A stretch of 64,000 nucleotides of DNA from Eledone cirrhosa (taxonomy: Eukaryota): contig CAXHJY010001551.1 of assembly GCA_964016885.1 (NCBI GenBank), forward strand, positions 62,001 to 126,000. Direction: 5' to 3'. Positions 12,301 to 24,400 of this stretch are shown here, piece after piece; the stretch's first letter is position 1; the number at the start of each line of letters is the position of its first letter. The notes under the pieces were generated by a model. It saw only the letters and a list, made by a program, of their open reading frames with translations, was not told where the DNA came from and did not search any database. Both the position numbers and the translations under genes were made by a program.

Positions 12301-15300
12301 CTAAGCTATCCTAAGCTAAGCTATCCTAAGCTATCCTAAGCTAAGCTAAGCTAAGCTCTCCTAAGCTAAGCTAAGCTAAGCTATCCTAAGCTAAGCTAAG
12401 CTATCCTAAGCTAAGCTAAGCTAAGCTACCTAAGCTAAGCTAAGCTAAGCTATCCTAAGCTAAGCTAAGCTAAGCTATCCTAAGCTAAGCTAAGCTAAGC
12501 TCTCCTAAGCTAAGCTAAACTAAGCTATCCTAAGCTAAGCTAAGCTTTCCTAAGCTAAGCTAAGCTAAGCTATCCTAAGCTAAGCTAATCTATCCTAAGC
12601 TAAGCTAAGCTAAGCTATCCTAAGCTAAGCTAAGCTAAGCTATCCTAAGCTAAGCTAAGCTAAGCTATCCTAAGCTAAGCTAAGCTAAGCTATCCTAAGC
12701 TAAGCTAAGCTATCCTAAGCTAAGCTAAGCTAAGCTATCCTAAGCTAAGCTAAGCTATCCTAAGCTAAGCTAAGCTAAGCTATCCTAAGCTATCCTAAGC
12801 TATCCTAAGCTAAGCTAAGCTAAGCTATCCTAAGCTAAGCTAAGCTAAGCTATCCTAAGCTAAGCTAAGCTATCCTAAGCTAAGCTAAGCTAAGCTATCC
12901 TAAGCTAAGCTAAGCTAAGCAATCCTAAGCTATCCTAAGCTAAGCTATCCTAAGCTAAGCTAAGCTAAGCTATCCTAAGCTAAACTAAGCTAAGCTATCC
13001 TAAGCTAAGCTAAGCTAAGCTATCCTAAGCTAAGCTATCCTAAGCTATCCTAAGCTAAGCTAAGCTAAGCTAACCTAAGCTAAGCTATCCTAAGCTAAGC
13101 TATCCTAAGCTAAGCTATCCTAAGCTAAGCTAAGCTAAGCTATCCTAAGCTAAGCTAAGCTAAGATATCCTAAGCTAAGCTAAGCTATCCTAAGCTAAGC
13201 TAAGCTAAGCTATCCTAAGCTAAGCTAAGCTAAGCTATCCTAAGCTATCCTAAGCTAAGCTATCCTAAGCTAAGCTATCCTAAGCTATTCTAAGCTAAGC
13301 TATCCTAAGCTAAGCTATCCTAAGCTAAGCTATCCTAAGCTATCCTAAGCTAAGCTAAGCTATCCTAAGCTATCCTAAGCTAAGCTATCCTAAGCTATCC
13401 TAAGCTAAGCTATCCTAAGCTATCCTAAGCTAAGCTAATCTATCCTAAGCTAAGCTAAGCTAAGCTATCCTAAGCTAAGCTAAGCTAAGCTATCCTAAGC
13501 TAAGCTAAGCTAAGCTATCCTAAGCTAAGCTAAGCTATCCTAAGCTAAGCTAAGCTAAGCTATCCTAAGCTAAATTAAGCTAAGCTATCCTAAGCTAAGC
13601 TAAGCTAAGCTATCCTAAGCTAAGCTAAGCTATCCTAAGCTAAGCTAAGCTAAGCTATCCTAAGCTAAGCTAAGCTAAGCTATCCTAAGCTAAGCTAAGC
13701 TAAGCTATCCTAAGCTATCCTAAGCTATCCTAAGCTAAGCTAAGCTAAGCTATCCTAAGCTAAGCTAAGCTAAGCTATCCTAAGCTAAGCTAAGCTAAGC
13801 TATCCTAAGCTAAGCTAAGCTATCCTAAGCTAAGCTAAGCTAAGCTATCCTAAGCTAAGCTAAGCTAAGCTATCCTAAGCTATCCTAAGCTAAGCTATCC
13901 TAAGCTAAGCTAAGCTAAGCTATCCTAAGCTAAGCTAAGCTAAGCTATCCTAAGCTAAGCTAAGCTAAGCTATCCTAAGCTAAGCTAAGCTATCCTAAGC
14001 TAAGCTATCCTAAGCTATCCTAAGCTAAGCTAAGCTAAGCTAACCTAAGCTAAGCTATCCTAAGCTAAGCTATCCTAAGCTAAGCTATCCTAAGCTAAGC
14101 TAAGCTAAGCTATCCTAAGCTAAGCTAAGCTAAGCTATCCTAAGCTAAGCTAAGCTATCCTAAGCTAAGCTAAGCTAAGCTGTCCTAAGCTAAGCTAAGC
14201 TAAGCTATCCTAAGCTAAGCTAAGCTAAGCTATCCTAAGCTAAGCTAAGCTAAGCTAAGCTAAGCTATCCTAAGCTATCCTAAGCTAAGCTATCCTAAGC
14301 TATCCTAAGCTAAGCTATCCTAAGCTATCCTAAGGTAAGCTAAGCTAAGCTATCCTAAGCTAAGCTAAGCTATCCTAAGCTAAGCTAAGCTAAGCTATCC
14401 TAAGCTAAGCTAAGCTAAGCTATCCTAAGCTATCCTAAGCTAAGCTATCCTAAGCTAAGCTATCCTAAGCTATCCTAAGCTAAGCTATCCTAAGCTATCC
14501 TAAGCTAAGCTATCCTAAGCTAAGCTATCCTAAGCTATCCTAAGCTATCCTAAGCTAAGCTATCCTAAGCTAAGCTAAGCTAAGCTAAGCTAACCTAAGC
14601 TAAGCTATCCTAAGCTAAGCTAAGCTAAGCTATCCTAAGCTAAGCTAAGCTAAGCTATCCTAAGCTATCCTAAGCTAAGCTATCCTAAGCTAAGCTATCC
14701 TAAGCTAAGCTATCCTAAGCTATCCTAAGCTAAGCTATCCTAAGCTAAGCTCTCCTAAGGTAAGCTATCCTAAGCTATCCTAAGCTAAGCTATCCTAAGC
14801 TAAGCTATCCTAAGCTATCCTAAGCTAAGCTAAGCTAAGCTCTCCTAAGCTAAGCTAAGCTAAGCTATCCTAAGCTAAGCTAAGCTAAGCTAAGCTAAGC
14901 TATCCTAAGCTAAGCTAAGCTAAGCTACCTAAGCTAAGCTAAGCTATCCTAAGCTAAGCTAAGCTAAGCTATCCTAAGCTAAGCTAAGCTAAGCTCTCCT
15001 AAGCTAAGCTAAGCTAAGCTATCCTAAGCTAAGCTAAGCTTTCCTAAGCTAAGCTAAGCTAAGCTATCCTAAGCTAAGCTAATCTATCCTAAGCTAAGCT
15101 AAGCTAAGCTATCCTAAGCTAAGCTAAGCTAAGCTATCCTAAGCTAAGCTAAGCTAAGCTATCCTAAGCTAAGCTAAGCTAAGCTATCCTAAGCTAAGCT
15201 AAGCTAAGCTATCCTAAGCTAAGCTAAGCTATCCTAAGCTAAGCTAAGCTAAGCTATCCTAAGCTAAGCTAAGCTATCCTAAGCTAAGCTAAGCTAAGCT

Positions 15301-15450
15301 ATCCTAAGCTATCCTAAGCTATGCTAAGCTATCCTAAGCTAAGCTAAGCTAAGCTATGCTAAGCTAAGCTAAGCTATCCTAAGCTAAGCTAAGCTATCCT
15401 AAGCTAAGCTAAGCTAAGCTATCCTAAGCTAAGCTAAGCTAAGCAATCCT
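3400..15450 (+). repeat. Subfamily I domain: CTATC-dense, ~1.9-2.8 kb higher-order modules (also about 19.9-24.1, 28.6-30.0, 32.0-49.8 and 54.2-55.9 kb)
   Basis: Frequent AB and A2B blocks. Recurrent ordered cassette CTGTC ... CTAAC ... CTCTC-CTAAG-GTAAG ... CTCTC ... CTAC ... CTCTC ... CTTTC ... CTAAT ... CAATC. Cassette spacings are 1939, 2738, 1919 and 2469 bp. Confidence 0.8.
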
Positions 15451-18400
15451 AAGCTATCCTAAGCTAAGCTATCCTAAGCTAATCTAAGCTAAGTTATCCT
15501 AAGCTAAGCTAAGCTAAGCTATCCTAAGCTAAGCTAAGCTAAGCTATCCTAAGCTAAGCTAAGCTATCCTAAGCTAAGCTAAGCTAAGCTATCCTAAGCT
15601 AAGCTAAGCTAAGCTATCCTAAGCTAAGCTAAGCTATCCTAAGCTAAGCTAAGCTAAGCTAAGCTATCCTAAGCTAAGCTAAGCTAAGCTATCCTAAGCT
15701 AAGCTAAGCTATCCTAAGCTAAGCTAAGCTATCCTAAGCTAAGCTAAGCTATCCTAAGTTAAGCTACGTTAAGCTATCCTAAGCTAAGCTAAGCTAAGCT
15801 ATCCTAAGCTAAGCTAAGCTATCCTAAGCTAAGCTAAGCTATCCTAAGCTAAGCTAAGCTAAGCTATGCTAAGCTAAGCTAAGTTAAGCTATCCTAAGCT
15901 AAGCTAAGCTAAGCTAACCTAAGCTAAGCTAAGCTATCCTAAGCTAAGCTAAGCTATCCTAAGCTAAGCTATCCTAAGCTAAGCTCAGCTATCCTAAGCT
16001 AAGCTAAGCTTAGCTATCCTAAGCTAAGCTAAGCTATCCTAAGCTAAGCTAAGCTATCCTAAGGTAAGCTAAGCTAAGCTATCCTAAGCTAAGCTAAGCT
16101 ATCCTAAGCTAAGCTAACTTAAGCTATCCTAAGCTAAGCTAAGCTAAGCTATCCTAAGCTAAGCTAAGCTAAGCTATCCTAAGCTAAGCTAAGCTATCCT
16201 AAGCTAAGCTAAGCTATCCTAAACTAAGCTAAGCTAAGCTATCCTAAGCTAAGCTAAGTTAAGCTATCCTAAGCTAAGTTAAGCTATCCTAAGCTAAGCT
16301 AAGCTAAGCTATCCTAAGCTAAGCTAAGCTAAGCTATCCTAAGCTAAGCTAAGCTAAGCTATCCTAAGCTAAGCTAAGCTATCCTAAGCTAAGCTAAGCT
16401 AAGCTACCTAAGCTAAGCTAAGCTAAGCTATCCTAAGCTAAGCTAAGATAAGCTATCCTAAGCTAAGCTAAGCTATCCTAAGCTAAGCTAAGCTAAGCTA
16501 TCCTAAGCTAAGCTAAGATAAGCTATCCTAAGCTAAGCTAAGCTATCCTAAGCTAAGCTAAGCTAAGCTATCCTAAGCTAAGCTAAGCTATCCTAAGCTA
16601 AGCTAAGCTATCTTAAGCTAAGCTAAGCTAAGCTATCCTAAGCTAAGCTAAGCTAAGCTATCCTAAGCTAAGCTAAGCTATCCTAAGCTAAGCTAAGCTA
16701 AGCTATCCTAAGCTAAGCTAAGCTAAGCTATCCTAAGCTAAGCTAAGCTATCCTAAGCTAAGTTAAGCTATCCTAAGCTAAGCTAAGCTATCCTAAGCTA
16801 ATCTAAGCTAAGCTATCCTAAGCTAAGCTAAGCTAAGCTATCCTAAGCTAAGCTAAGCTAAGCTATCCTAAGCTAAGCTAAGTTAAGCTATCCTAAGCTA
16901 AGCTAAGCTAAGCTATCCTAAGCTAAGCTAAGCTATCCTAAGCTAAGCTAAGCTAAGCTATCCTAAGCTAAGCTAAGCTAAGCTATCCTAAGCTAAGCTA
17001 AGCTAAGCTATCCTAAGCTAAGCTAAGCTATCCTAAGCTAAGCTAAGCTAAGCTATCCTAAGCTAAGCTAAGATAAGCTATCCTAAGCTAAGCTAAGCTA
17101 TCCTAAGCTAAGCTAAGCTAAGCTATCCTAAGCTAAGCTAAGCTATCCTAAGCTAAGCTAAGCTATCTTAAGCTAAGCTAAGCTAAGCTATCCTAAGCTA
17201 AGCTAAGCTAAGCTATCCTAAGCTAAGCTAAGCTAAGCTATCCTAAGCTAAGCTAAGCTAAGCTAAGCTAAGTTAAGCTATCCTAAGCTAAGCTAAGCTA
17301 TCCTAAGCTAATCTAAGCTAAGCTATCCTAAGCTAAGCTAAGCTAAGCTAAGCTATCCTAAGCTAAGCTAAGCTATCCTAAGCTAAGCTAAGCTATCCTA
17401 AGCTAAGCTAAGCTAAGCTATCCTAAGCTAAGCTAAACTAAGCTATCCTAAGCTAAGCTATCCTAAGCTAAGCTAAGCTAAGCTATCCTAAGCTAAGCTA
17501 AGCTAAGCTATCCTAAGCTAAGCTAAGCTATCCTAAGCTAAGCTAAGCTATCCTAAGCTAAGCTAAGCTATCCTAAGCTAAGCTACGTTAAGCTATCCTA
17601 AGCTAAGCTAAGCTAAGCTATCCTAAGCTAAGCTAAGCTATCCTAAGCTAAGCTAAGCTATCCTAAGCTAAGCTAAACTAAGCTATGCTAAGCTGAGCTA
17701 AGTTAAGCTATCCTAAGCTAAGCTAAGCTAAGCTAACCTAAGCTAAGCTAAGCTATCCTAAGCTAAGCTAAGCTATCCTAAGCTAAGCTAAGCTAAGCTA
17801 TCCTAAGCTAAGCTAAGCTAAGCTATCCTAAGCTAAGCTAAGCTAAGCTATCCTAAGCTAAGCTCAGCTATCCTAAGCTAAGCTAAGCTTAGCTATCCTA
17901 AGCTAAGCTATACTAAGCTATCCTAAGCTAAGCTAAGCTAAGCTATCCTAAGCTAAGCTAAGCTAAGCTATCCTAAGCTAAGCTAAGCTAAGCTATCCTA
18001 AGCTAAGCTAAGCTAAGCTATCCTAAACTAAGCTAAGCTAAGCTAGCCTAAGCTAAGCTAAGCTATCCTAAGCTAAGCTAAGCTAAGCTATCCTAAGCTA
18101 AGCTAAGCTAAGCTATCCTAAGCTAAGCTAAGCTAAGCTAACCTAATGTAAGCTAAGCTAAGCTATCCTAAGCTAAGCTAACTTAAGCTATCCTAAGCTA
18201 AGCTAAGCTAAGCTATCCTAAGCTAAGCTAAGCTAAGCTATCCTAAGCTAAGCTAAGCTATCCTAAACTAAGCTAAGCTAAGCTATCCTAAGCTAAGCTA
18301 AGTTAAGCTATCCTAAGCTAAGTTAAGCTATCCTAAGCTAAGCTAAGCTAAGCTATCCTAAGCTAAGCTAAGCTAAGCTATCCTAAGCTAAGCTAAGCTA

Positions 18401-21400
18401 AGCTATCCTAAGCTAAGCTAAGCTATCCTAAGCTAAGCTAAGCTAAGCTATCCTAAGCTAAGCTAAGCTAAGCTATCCTAAGCTAAGCTAAGCTAAGCTA
18501 TCCTAAGCTAAGCTAAGCTAAGCTAAGCTATCCTAAGCTAAGCTAAGCTATCCTAAGCTAAGCTAAGCTATCCTAAGCTAAGCTAAGCTAAGCTATCCTA
18601 AGCTAAGCTAAGCTAAGCTATCCTAAGCTAAGCTATCCCAAGCTAAGCTAAGCTATCCTAAGCTAAGCTAAGCTAAGCTATCCTAAGCTAAGCTAAGCTA
18701 TCCTAAGCTAAGCTAAGCTAAGCTATCCTAAGCTAAGCTAAGCTAAGCTATCCTAAGCTAAGCTAAGCTATCCTAAGCTAAGCTAAGCTATCCTAAGCTA
18801 AGCTAAGCTATCCTAAGCTAAGCTAAGCTAAGCTATCCTAAGCTAAGCTAATGTAAGCTATCCTAAGCTAAGCTAAGCTAAGCTATCCTAAGCTAAGCTA
18901 AGCTATCCTAAGCTAAGCTAAGCTAAGCTATCCTAAGCTAAGCTAAGCTAAGCTATCCTAAGCTAAGCTAAGCTAAGCTATCCTAAGCTAAGCTAAGCTA
19001 ACCTAAGCTAAGCTAAGCTAAGCTATCCTAAGCTAAGCTAAGCTATCCTAAGCTAAGCTAAGCTAAGCTAAGCTATCCTAAGCTAAGCTAAGCTATCCTA
19101 AGCTAAGCTAAGCTATCCTAAGCTAAGCTAAGCTATCCTAAGCTAAGCTAAGCTATCCTAAGCTAAGCTACGTTAAGCTATCCTAAGCTAAGCTAAGCTA
19201 AGCTATCCTAAGCTAAGCTAAGCTATCCTAAGCTAAGCTAAGCTAAGCTATCCTAAGCTAAGCTAAGTTAAGCTATCCTAAGCTAAGCTAAGCTAAGCTA
19301 ACCTAAGCTAAGCTAAGCTAAGCTATCCTAAGCTAAGCTAAGCTATCCTAAGCTAAGCTAAGCTAAGCTATCCTAAGCTAAGCTAAGCTAAGCTATCCTA
19401 AGCTAAGCTAAGCTAAGCTATCCTAAGCTAAGCTCAGCTATCCTAAGCTAAGCTAAGCTAAGCTAAGCTATCCTAAGCTAAGCTAAGCTATCCTAAGCTA
19501 AGCTAAGCTAAGCTATCCTAAGCTAAGCTAAGTTAAGCTATCCTAAGCTAAGCTAAGCTAAGCTAAGCTATCCTAAGCTAAGCTAAGCTAAGCTATCCTA
19601 AGCTAAGCTAAGCTATCCTCAGCTAAGCTAAGCTATCCTAAGCTAAGCTAAGCTAAGCTATCCTAGGCTAAGCTAAGTTAAGCTATCCTAAGCTAAGTTA
19701 AGCTATCCTAAGCTAAGCTAAGCTAAGCTATCCTAAGCTAAGTTAAGCTATCCTAAGCTAAGCTTAGCTAAGCTATCCTAAGCTAAGCTAAGCTAAGCTA
19801 TCCTAAGCTAAGCTAAGCTAAGCTATCCTAAGCTAAGCTAAGCTAAGCTATCCTAAGCTAAGCTAAGCTATCCTAAGCTAAGCTAAGCTAAGCTATCCTA
19901 AGCTAAGCTAAGCTAAGCTATCCTAAGCTAAGCTAAGCTAAGCTATCCTAAGCTATCCTAAGCTATCCTAAGCTAAGCTAAGCTAAGCTATCCTAAGCTA
20001 AGCTAAGCTACGCTATCCTAAGCTAAGCTAAGCTAAGCTATCCTAAGCTAAGCTAAGCTATCCTAAGCTAAGCTAAGCTAAGCTATCCTAAGCTAAGCTA
20101 AGCTAAGCTATCCTAAGCTATCCTAAGCTAAGCTATCCTAAGCTAAGCTAAGCTAAGCTATCCTAAGCTAAGCTAAGCTAAGCTATCCTAAGCTAAGCTA
20201 AGCTAAGCTATCCTAAGCTAAGCTAAGCTAAGCTATCCTAAGCTAAGCTATCCTAAGCTATCCTAAGCTAAGCTAAGCTAAGCTAACCTAAGCTAAGCCA
20301 TCCTAAGCTAAGCTATCCTAAGCTAAGCTATCCTAAGCTAAGCTAAGCTAAGCTATCCTAAGCTAAGCTAAGCTAAGCTATCGTAAGCTAAGCTAAGCTA
20401 TCCTAAGCTAAGCTAAGCTAAGCTGTCCTAAGCTAAGCTAAGCTAAGCTATCCTAAGCTAAGCTAAGCTAAGCTATCCTAAGCTAAGCTAAGCTAAGCTA
20501 TCCTAAGCTATCCTAAGCTATCCTAAGCTAAGCTATCCTAAGCTATCCTAAGCTAAGCTATCCTAAGCTATCCTAAGCTAAGCTAAGCTAAGCTATCCTA
20601 AGCTAAGCTAAGCTAAGCTATCCTAAGCTAAGCTAAGCTAAGCTATCCTAAGCTAAGCTAAGCTAAGCTACCCTAAGCTATCCTAAGCTAAGCTATCCTA
20701 AGCTAAGCTATCCTAAGCTATCCTAAGCTAAGCTATCCTAAGCTATCCTAAGCTAAGCTATCCTAAGCTAAGCTATCCTAAGCTATCCTAAGCTAAGCTA
20801 TCCTAAGCTATCCTAAGCTAAGCTATCCTAAGCTAAGCTAAGCTAAGCTAAGCTAACCTAAGCTAAGCTATCCTAAGCTAAGCTAAGCTAAGCTATCCTA
20901 AGCTAAGCTAAGCTAAGCTATCCTAAGCTATCCTAAGCTAAGCTATCCTAAGCTAAGCTCTCCTAAGGTAAGCTATCCTAAGCTATCCTAAGCTAAGCTA
21001 TCCTAAGCTATCCTAAGCTAAGCTAAGCTAAGCTCTCCTAAGCTAAGCTAAGCTAAGCTATCCTAAGCTAAGCTAAGCTATCCTAAGCTAAGCTAAGCTA
21101 AGCTACCTAAGCTAAGCTAAGCTAAGCTATCCTAAGCTAAGCTAAGCTAAGCTATCCTAAGCTAAGCTAAGCTAAGCTCTCCTAAGCTAAGCTAAACTAA
21201 GCTATCCTAAGCTAAGCTAAGCTTTCCTAAGCTAAGCTAAGCTAAGCTATCCTAAGCTAAGCTAATCTATCCTAAGCTAAGCTAAGCTAAGCTATCCTAA
21301 GCTAAGCTAAGCTAAGCTATCCTAAGCTAAGCTAAGCTAAGCTATCCTAAGCTAAGCTAAGCTAAGCTATCCTAAGCTAAGCTAAGCTATCCTAAGCTAA

Positions 21401-24400
21401 GCTAAGCTAAGCTATCCTAAGCTAAGCTAAGCTATCCTAAGCTAAGCTAAGCTAAGCTATCCTAAGCTATCCTAAGCTATCCTAAGCTAAGCTAAGCTAA
21501 GCTATCCTAAGCTAAGCTAAGCTAAGCTATCCTAAGCTAAGCTAAGCTATCCTAAGCTAAGCTAAGCTAAGCTATCCTAAGCTAAGCTAAGCTAAGCAAT
21601 CCTAAGCTATCCTAAGCTAAGCTATCCTAAGCTAAGCTAAGCTAAGCTATCCTAAGCTAAACTAAGCTAAGCTATCCTAAGCTAAGCTAAGCTAAGCTAT
21701 CCTAAGCTAAGCTATCCTAAGCTATCCTAAGCTAAGCTAAGCTAAGCTAACCTAAGCTAAGCTATCCTAAGCTAAGCTATCCTAAGCTAAGCTATCCTAA
21801 GCTAAGCTAAGCTAAGCTATCCTAAGCTAAGCTAAGCTAAGCTATCCTAAGCTAAGCTAAGCTATCCTAAGCTAAGCTAAGCTAAGCTATCCTAAGCTAA
21901 GCTAAGCTAAGCTATCCTAAGCTATCCTAAGCTAAGCTATCCTAAGCTAAGCTATCCTAAGCTATCCTAAGCTAAGCTATCCTAAGCTAAGCTATCCTAA
22001 GCTAAGCTATCCTAAGCTATCCTAAGCTAAGCTAAGCTATCCTAAGCTATCCTAAGCTAAGCTATCCTAAGCTATCCTAAGCTAAGCTATCCTAAGCTAT
22101 CCTAAGCTAAGCTAATCTATCCTAAGCTAAGCTAAGCTAAGCTATCCTAAGCTAAGCTAAGCTAAGCTATCCTAAGCTAAGCTAAGCTAAGCTATCCTAA
22201 GCTAAGCTAAGCTATCCTAAGCTAAGCTAAGCTAAGCTATCCTAAGCTAAGCTAAGCTAAGCTATCCTAAGCTAAGCTAAGCTAAGCTATCCTAAGCTAA
22301 GCTAAGCTATCCTAAGCTAAGCTAAGCTAAGCTATCCTAAGCTAAGCTAGGCTAAGCTATCCTAAGCTAAGCTAAGCTAAGCTATCCTAAGCTATCCTAA
22401 GCTATCCTAAGCTAAGCTAAGCTAAGCTATCCTAAGCTAAGCTAAGCTAAGCTATCCTAAGCTAAGCTAAGCTAAGCTATCCTAAGCTAAGCTAAGCTAT
22501 CCTAAGCTAAGCTAAGCTAAGCTATCCTAAGCTAAGCTAAGCTAAGCTATCCTAAGCTATCCTAAGCTAAGCTATCCTAAGCTAAGCTAAGCTAAGCTAT
22601 CCTAAGCTAAGCTAAGCTAAGCTATCCTAAGCTAAGCTAAGCTAAGCTATCCTAAGCTAAGCTAAGCTATCCTAAGCTAAGCTATCCTAAGCTATCCTAA
22701 GCTAAGCTAAGCTAAGCTAACCTAAGCTAAGCTATCCTAAGCTAAGCTATCCTAAGCTAAGCTATCCTAAGCTAAGCTAAGCTAAGCTATCCTAAGCTAA
22801 GCTAAGCTAAGCTATCCTAAGCTAAGCTAAGCTATCCTAAGCTAAGCTAAGCTAAGCTGTCCTAAGCTAAGCTAAGCTAAGCTATCCTAAGCTAAGCTAA
22901 GCTAAGCTATCCTAAGCTAAGCTAAGCTAAGCTAAGCTAAGCTATCCTAAGCTATCCTAAGCTAAGCTATCCTAAGCTATCCTAAGCTAAGCTATCCTAA
23001 GCTATCCTAAGCTAAGCTAAGCTAAGCTATCCTAAGCTAAGCTAAGCTATCCTAAGCTAAGCTAAGCTAAGCTATCCTAAGCTAAGCTAAGCTAAGCTAT
23101 CCTAAGCTATCCTAAGCTAAGCTATCCTAAGCTAAGCTATCCTAAGCTATCCTAAGCTAAGCTATCCTAAGCTATCCTAAGCTAAGCTATCCTAAGCTAA
23201 GCTATCCTAAGCTATCCTAAGCTATCCTAAGCTAAGCTATCCTAAGCTAAGCTAAGCTAAGCTAAGCTAACCTAAGCTAAGCTATCCTAAGCTAAGCTAA
23301 GCTAAGCTATCCTAAGCTAAGCTAAGCTCAGCTATCCTAAGCTATCCTAAGCTAAGCTATCCTAAGCTAAGCTATCCTAAGCTAAGCTATCCTAAGCTAT
23401 CCTAAGCTAAGCTATCCTAAGCTAAGCTCTCCTAAGGTAAGCTATCCTAAGCTATCCTAAGCTAAGCTATCCTAAGCTAAGCTATCCTAAGCTATCCTAA
23501 GCTAAGCTAAGCTAAGCTCTCCTAAGCTAAGCTAAGCTAAGCTATCCTAAGCTAAGCTAAGCTAAGCTAAGCTAAGCTATCCTAAGCTAAGCTAAGCTAA
23601 GCTACCTAAGCTAAGCTAAGCTATCCTAAGCTAAGCTAAGCTAAGCTATCCTAAGCTAAGCTAAGCTAAGCTCTCCTAAGCTAAGCTAAGCTAAGCTATC
23701 CTAAGCTAAGCTAAGCTTTCCTAAGCTAAGCTAAGCTAAGCTATCCTAAGCTAAGCTAATCTATCCTAAGCTAAGCTAAGCTAAGCTATCCTAAGCTAAG
23801 CTAAGCTAAGCTATCCTAAGCTAAGCTAAGCTATCCTAAGCTAAGCTAAGCTAAGCTATCCTAAGCTAAGCTAAGCTAAGCTATCCTAAGCTAAGCTAAG
23901 CTATCCTAAGCTAAGCTAAGCTAAGCTATCCTAAGCTAAGCTAAGCTATCCTAAGCTAAGCTAAGCTAAGCTATCCTAAGCTATCCTAAGCTATCCTAAG
24001 CTAAGCTAAGCTAAGCTATCCTAAGCTAAGCTAAGCTAAGCTATGCTAAGCTAAGCTAAGCTATCCTAAGCTAAGCTAAGCTATCCTAAGCTAAGCTAAG
24101 CTAAGCTATCCTAAGCTAAGCTAAGCTAAGCAATCCTAAGCTATCCTAAGCTAAGCTATCCTAAGCTAATCTAAGCTAAGTTATCCTAAGCTAAGCTAAG
24201 CTAAGCTATCCTAAGCTAAGCTAAGCTAAGCTATCCTAAGCTAAGCTAAGCTATCCTAAGCTAAGCTAAGCTAAGCTATCCTAAGCTAAGCTAAGCTAAG
24301 CTATCCTAAGCTAAGCTAAGCTATCCTAAGCTAAGCTAAGCTAAGCTATCCTAAGCTAAGCTAAGCTAAGCTATCCTAAGCTAAGCTAAGCTATCCTAAG

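Larger units (their letters stand above)
2500..20600 (+). repeat. Copy 1 of an ~18 kb segmental duplication within the satellite
   Basis: Ordered variants recur at fixed offsets. At ~30.65 kb: CTTTC 2525/33165, CTAAA 3340/33985, CTATT 3605/34250, CTATG 4485/35130, CTCTC-CTAAG-GTAAG 5685/36360. At ~34.3 kb: the same cassette 10362/44671, 12281/46590, 14750/49059, and CTACG 15764/50083, 20008/54241. Confidence 0.85.
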
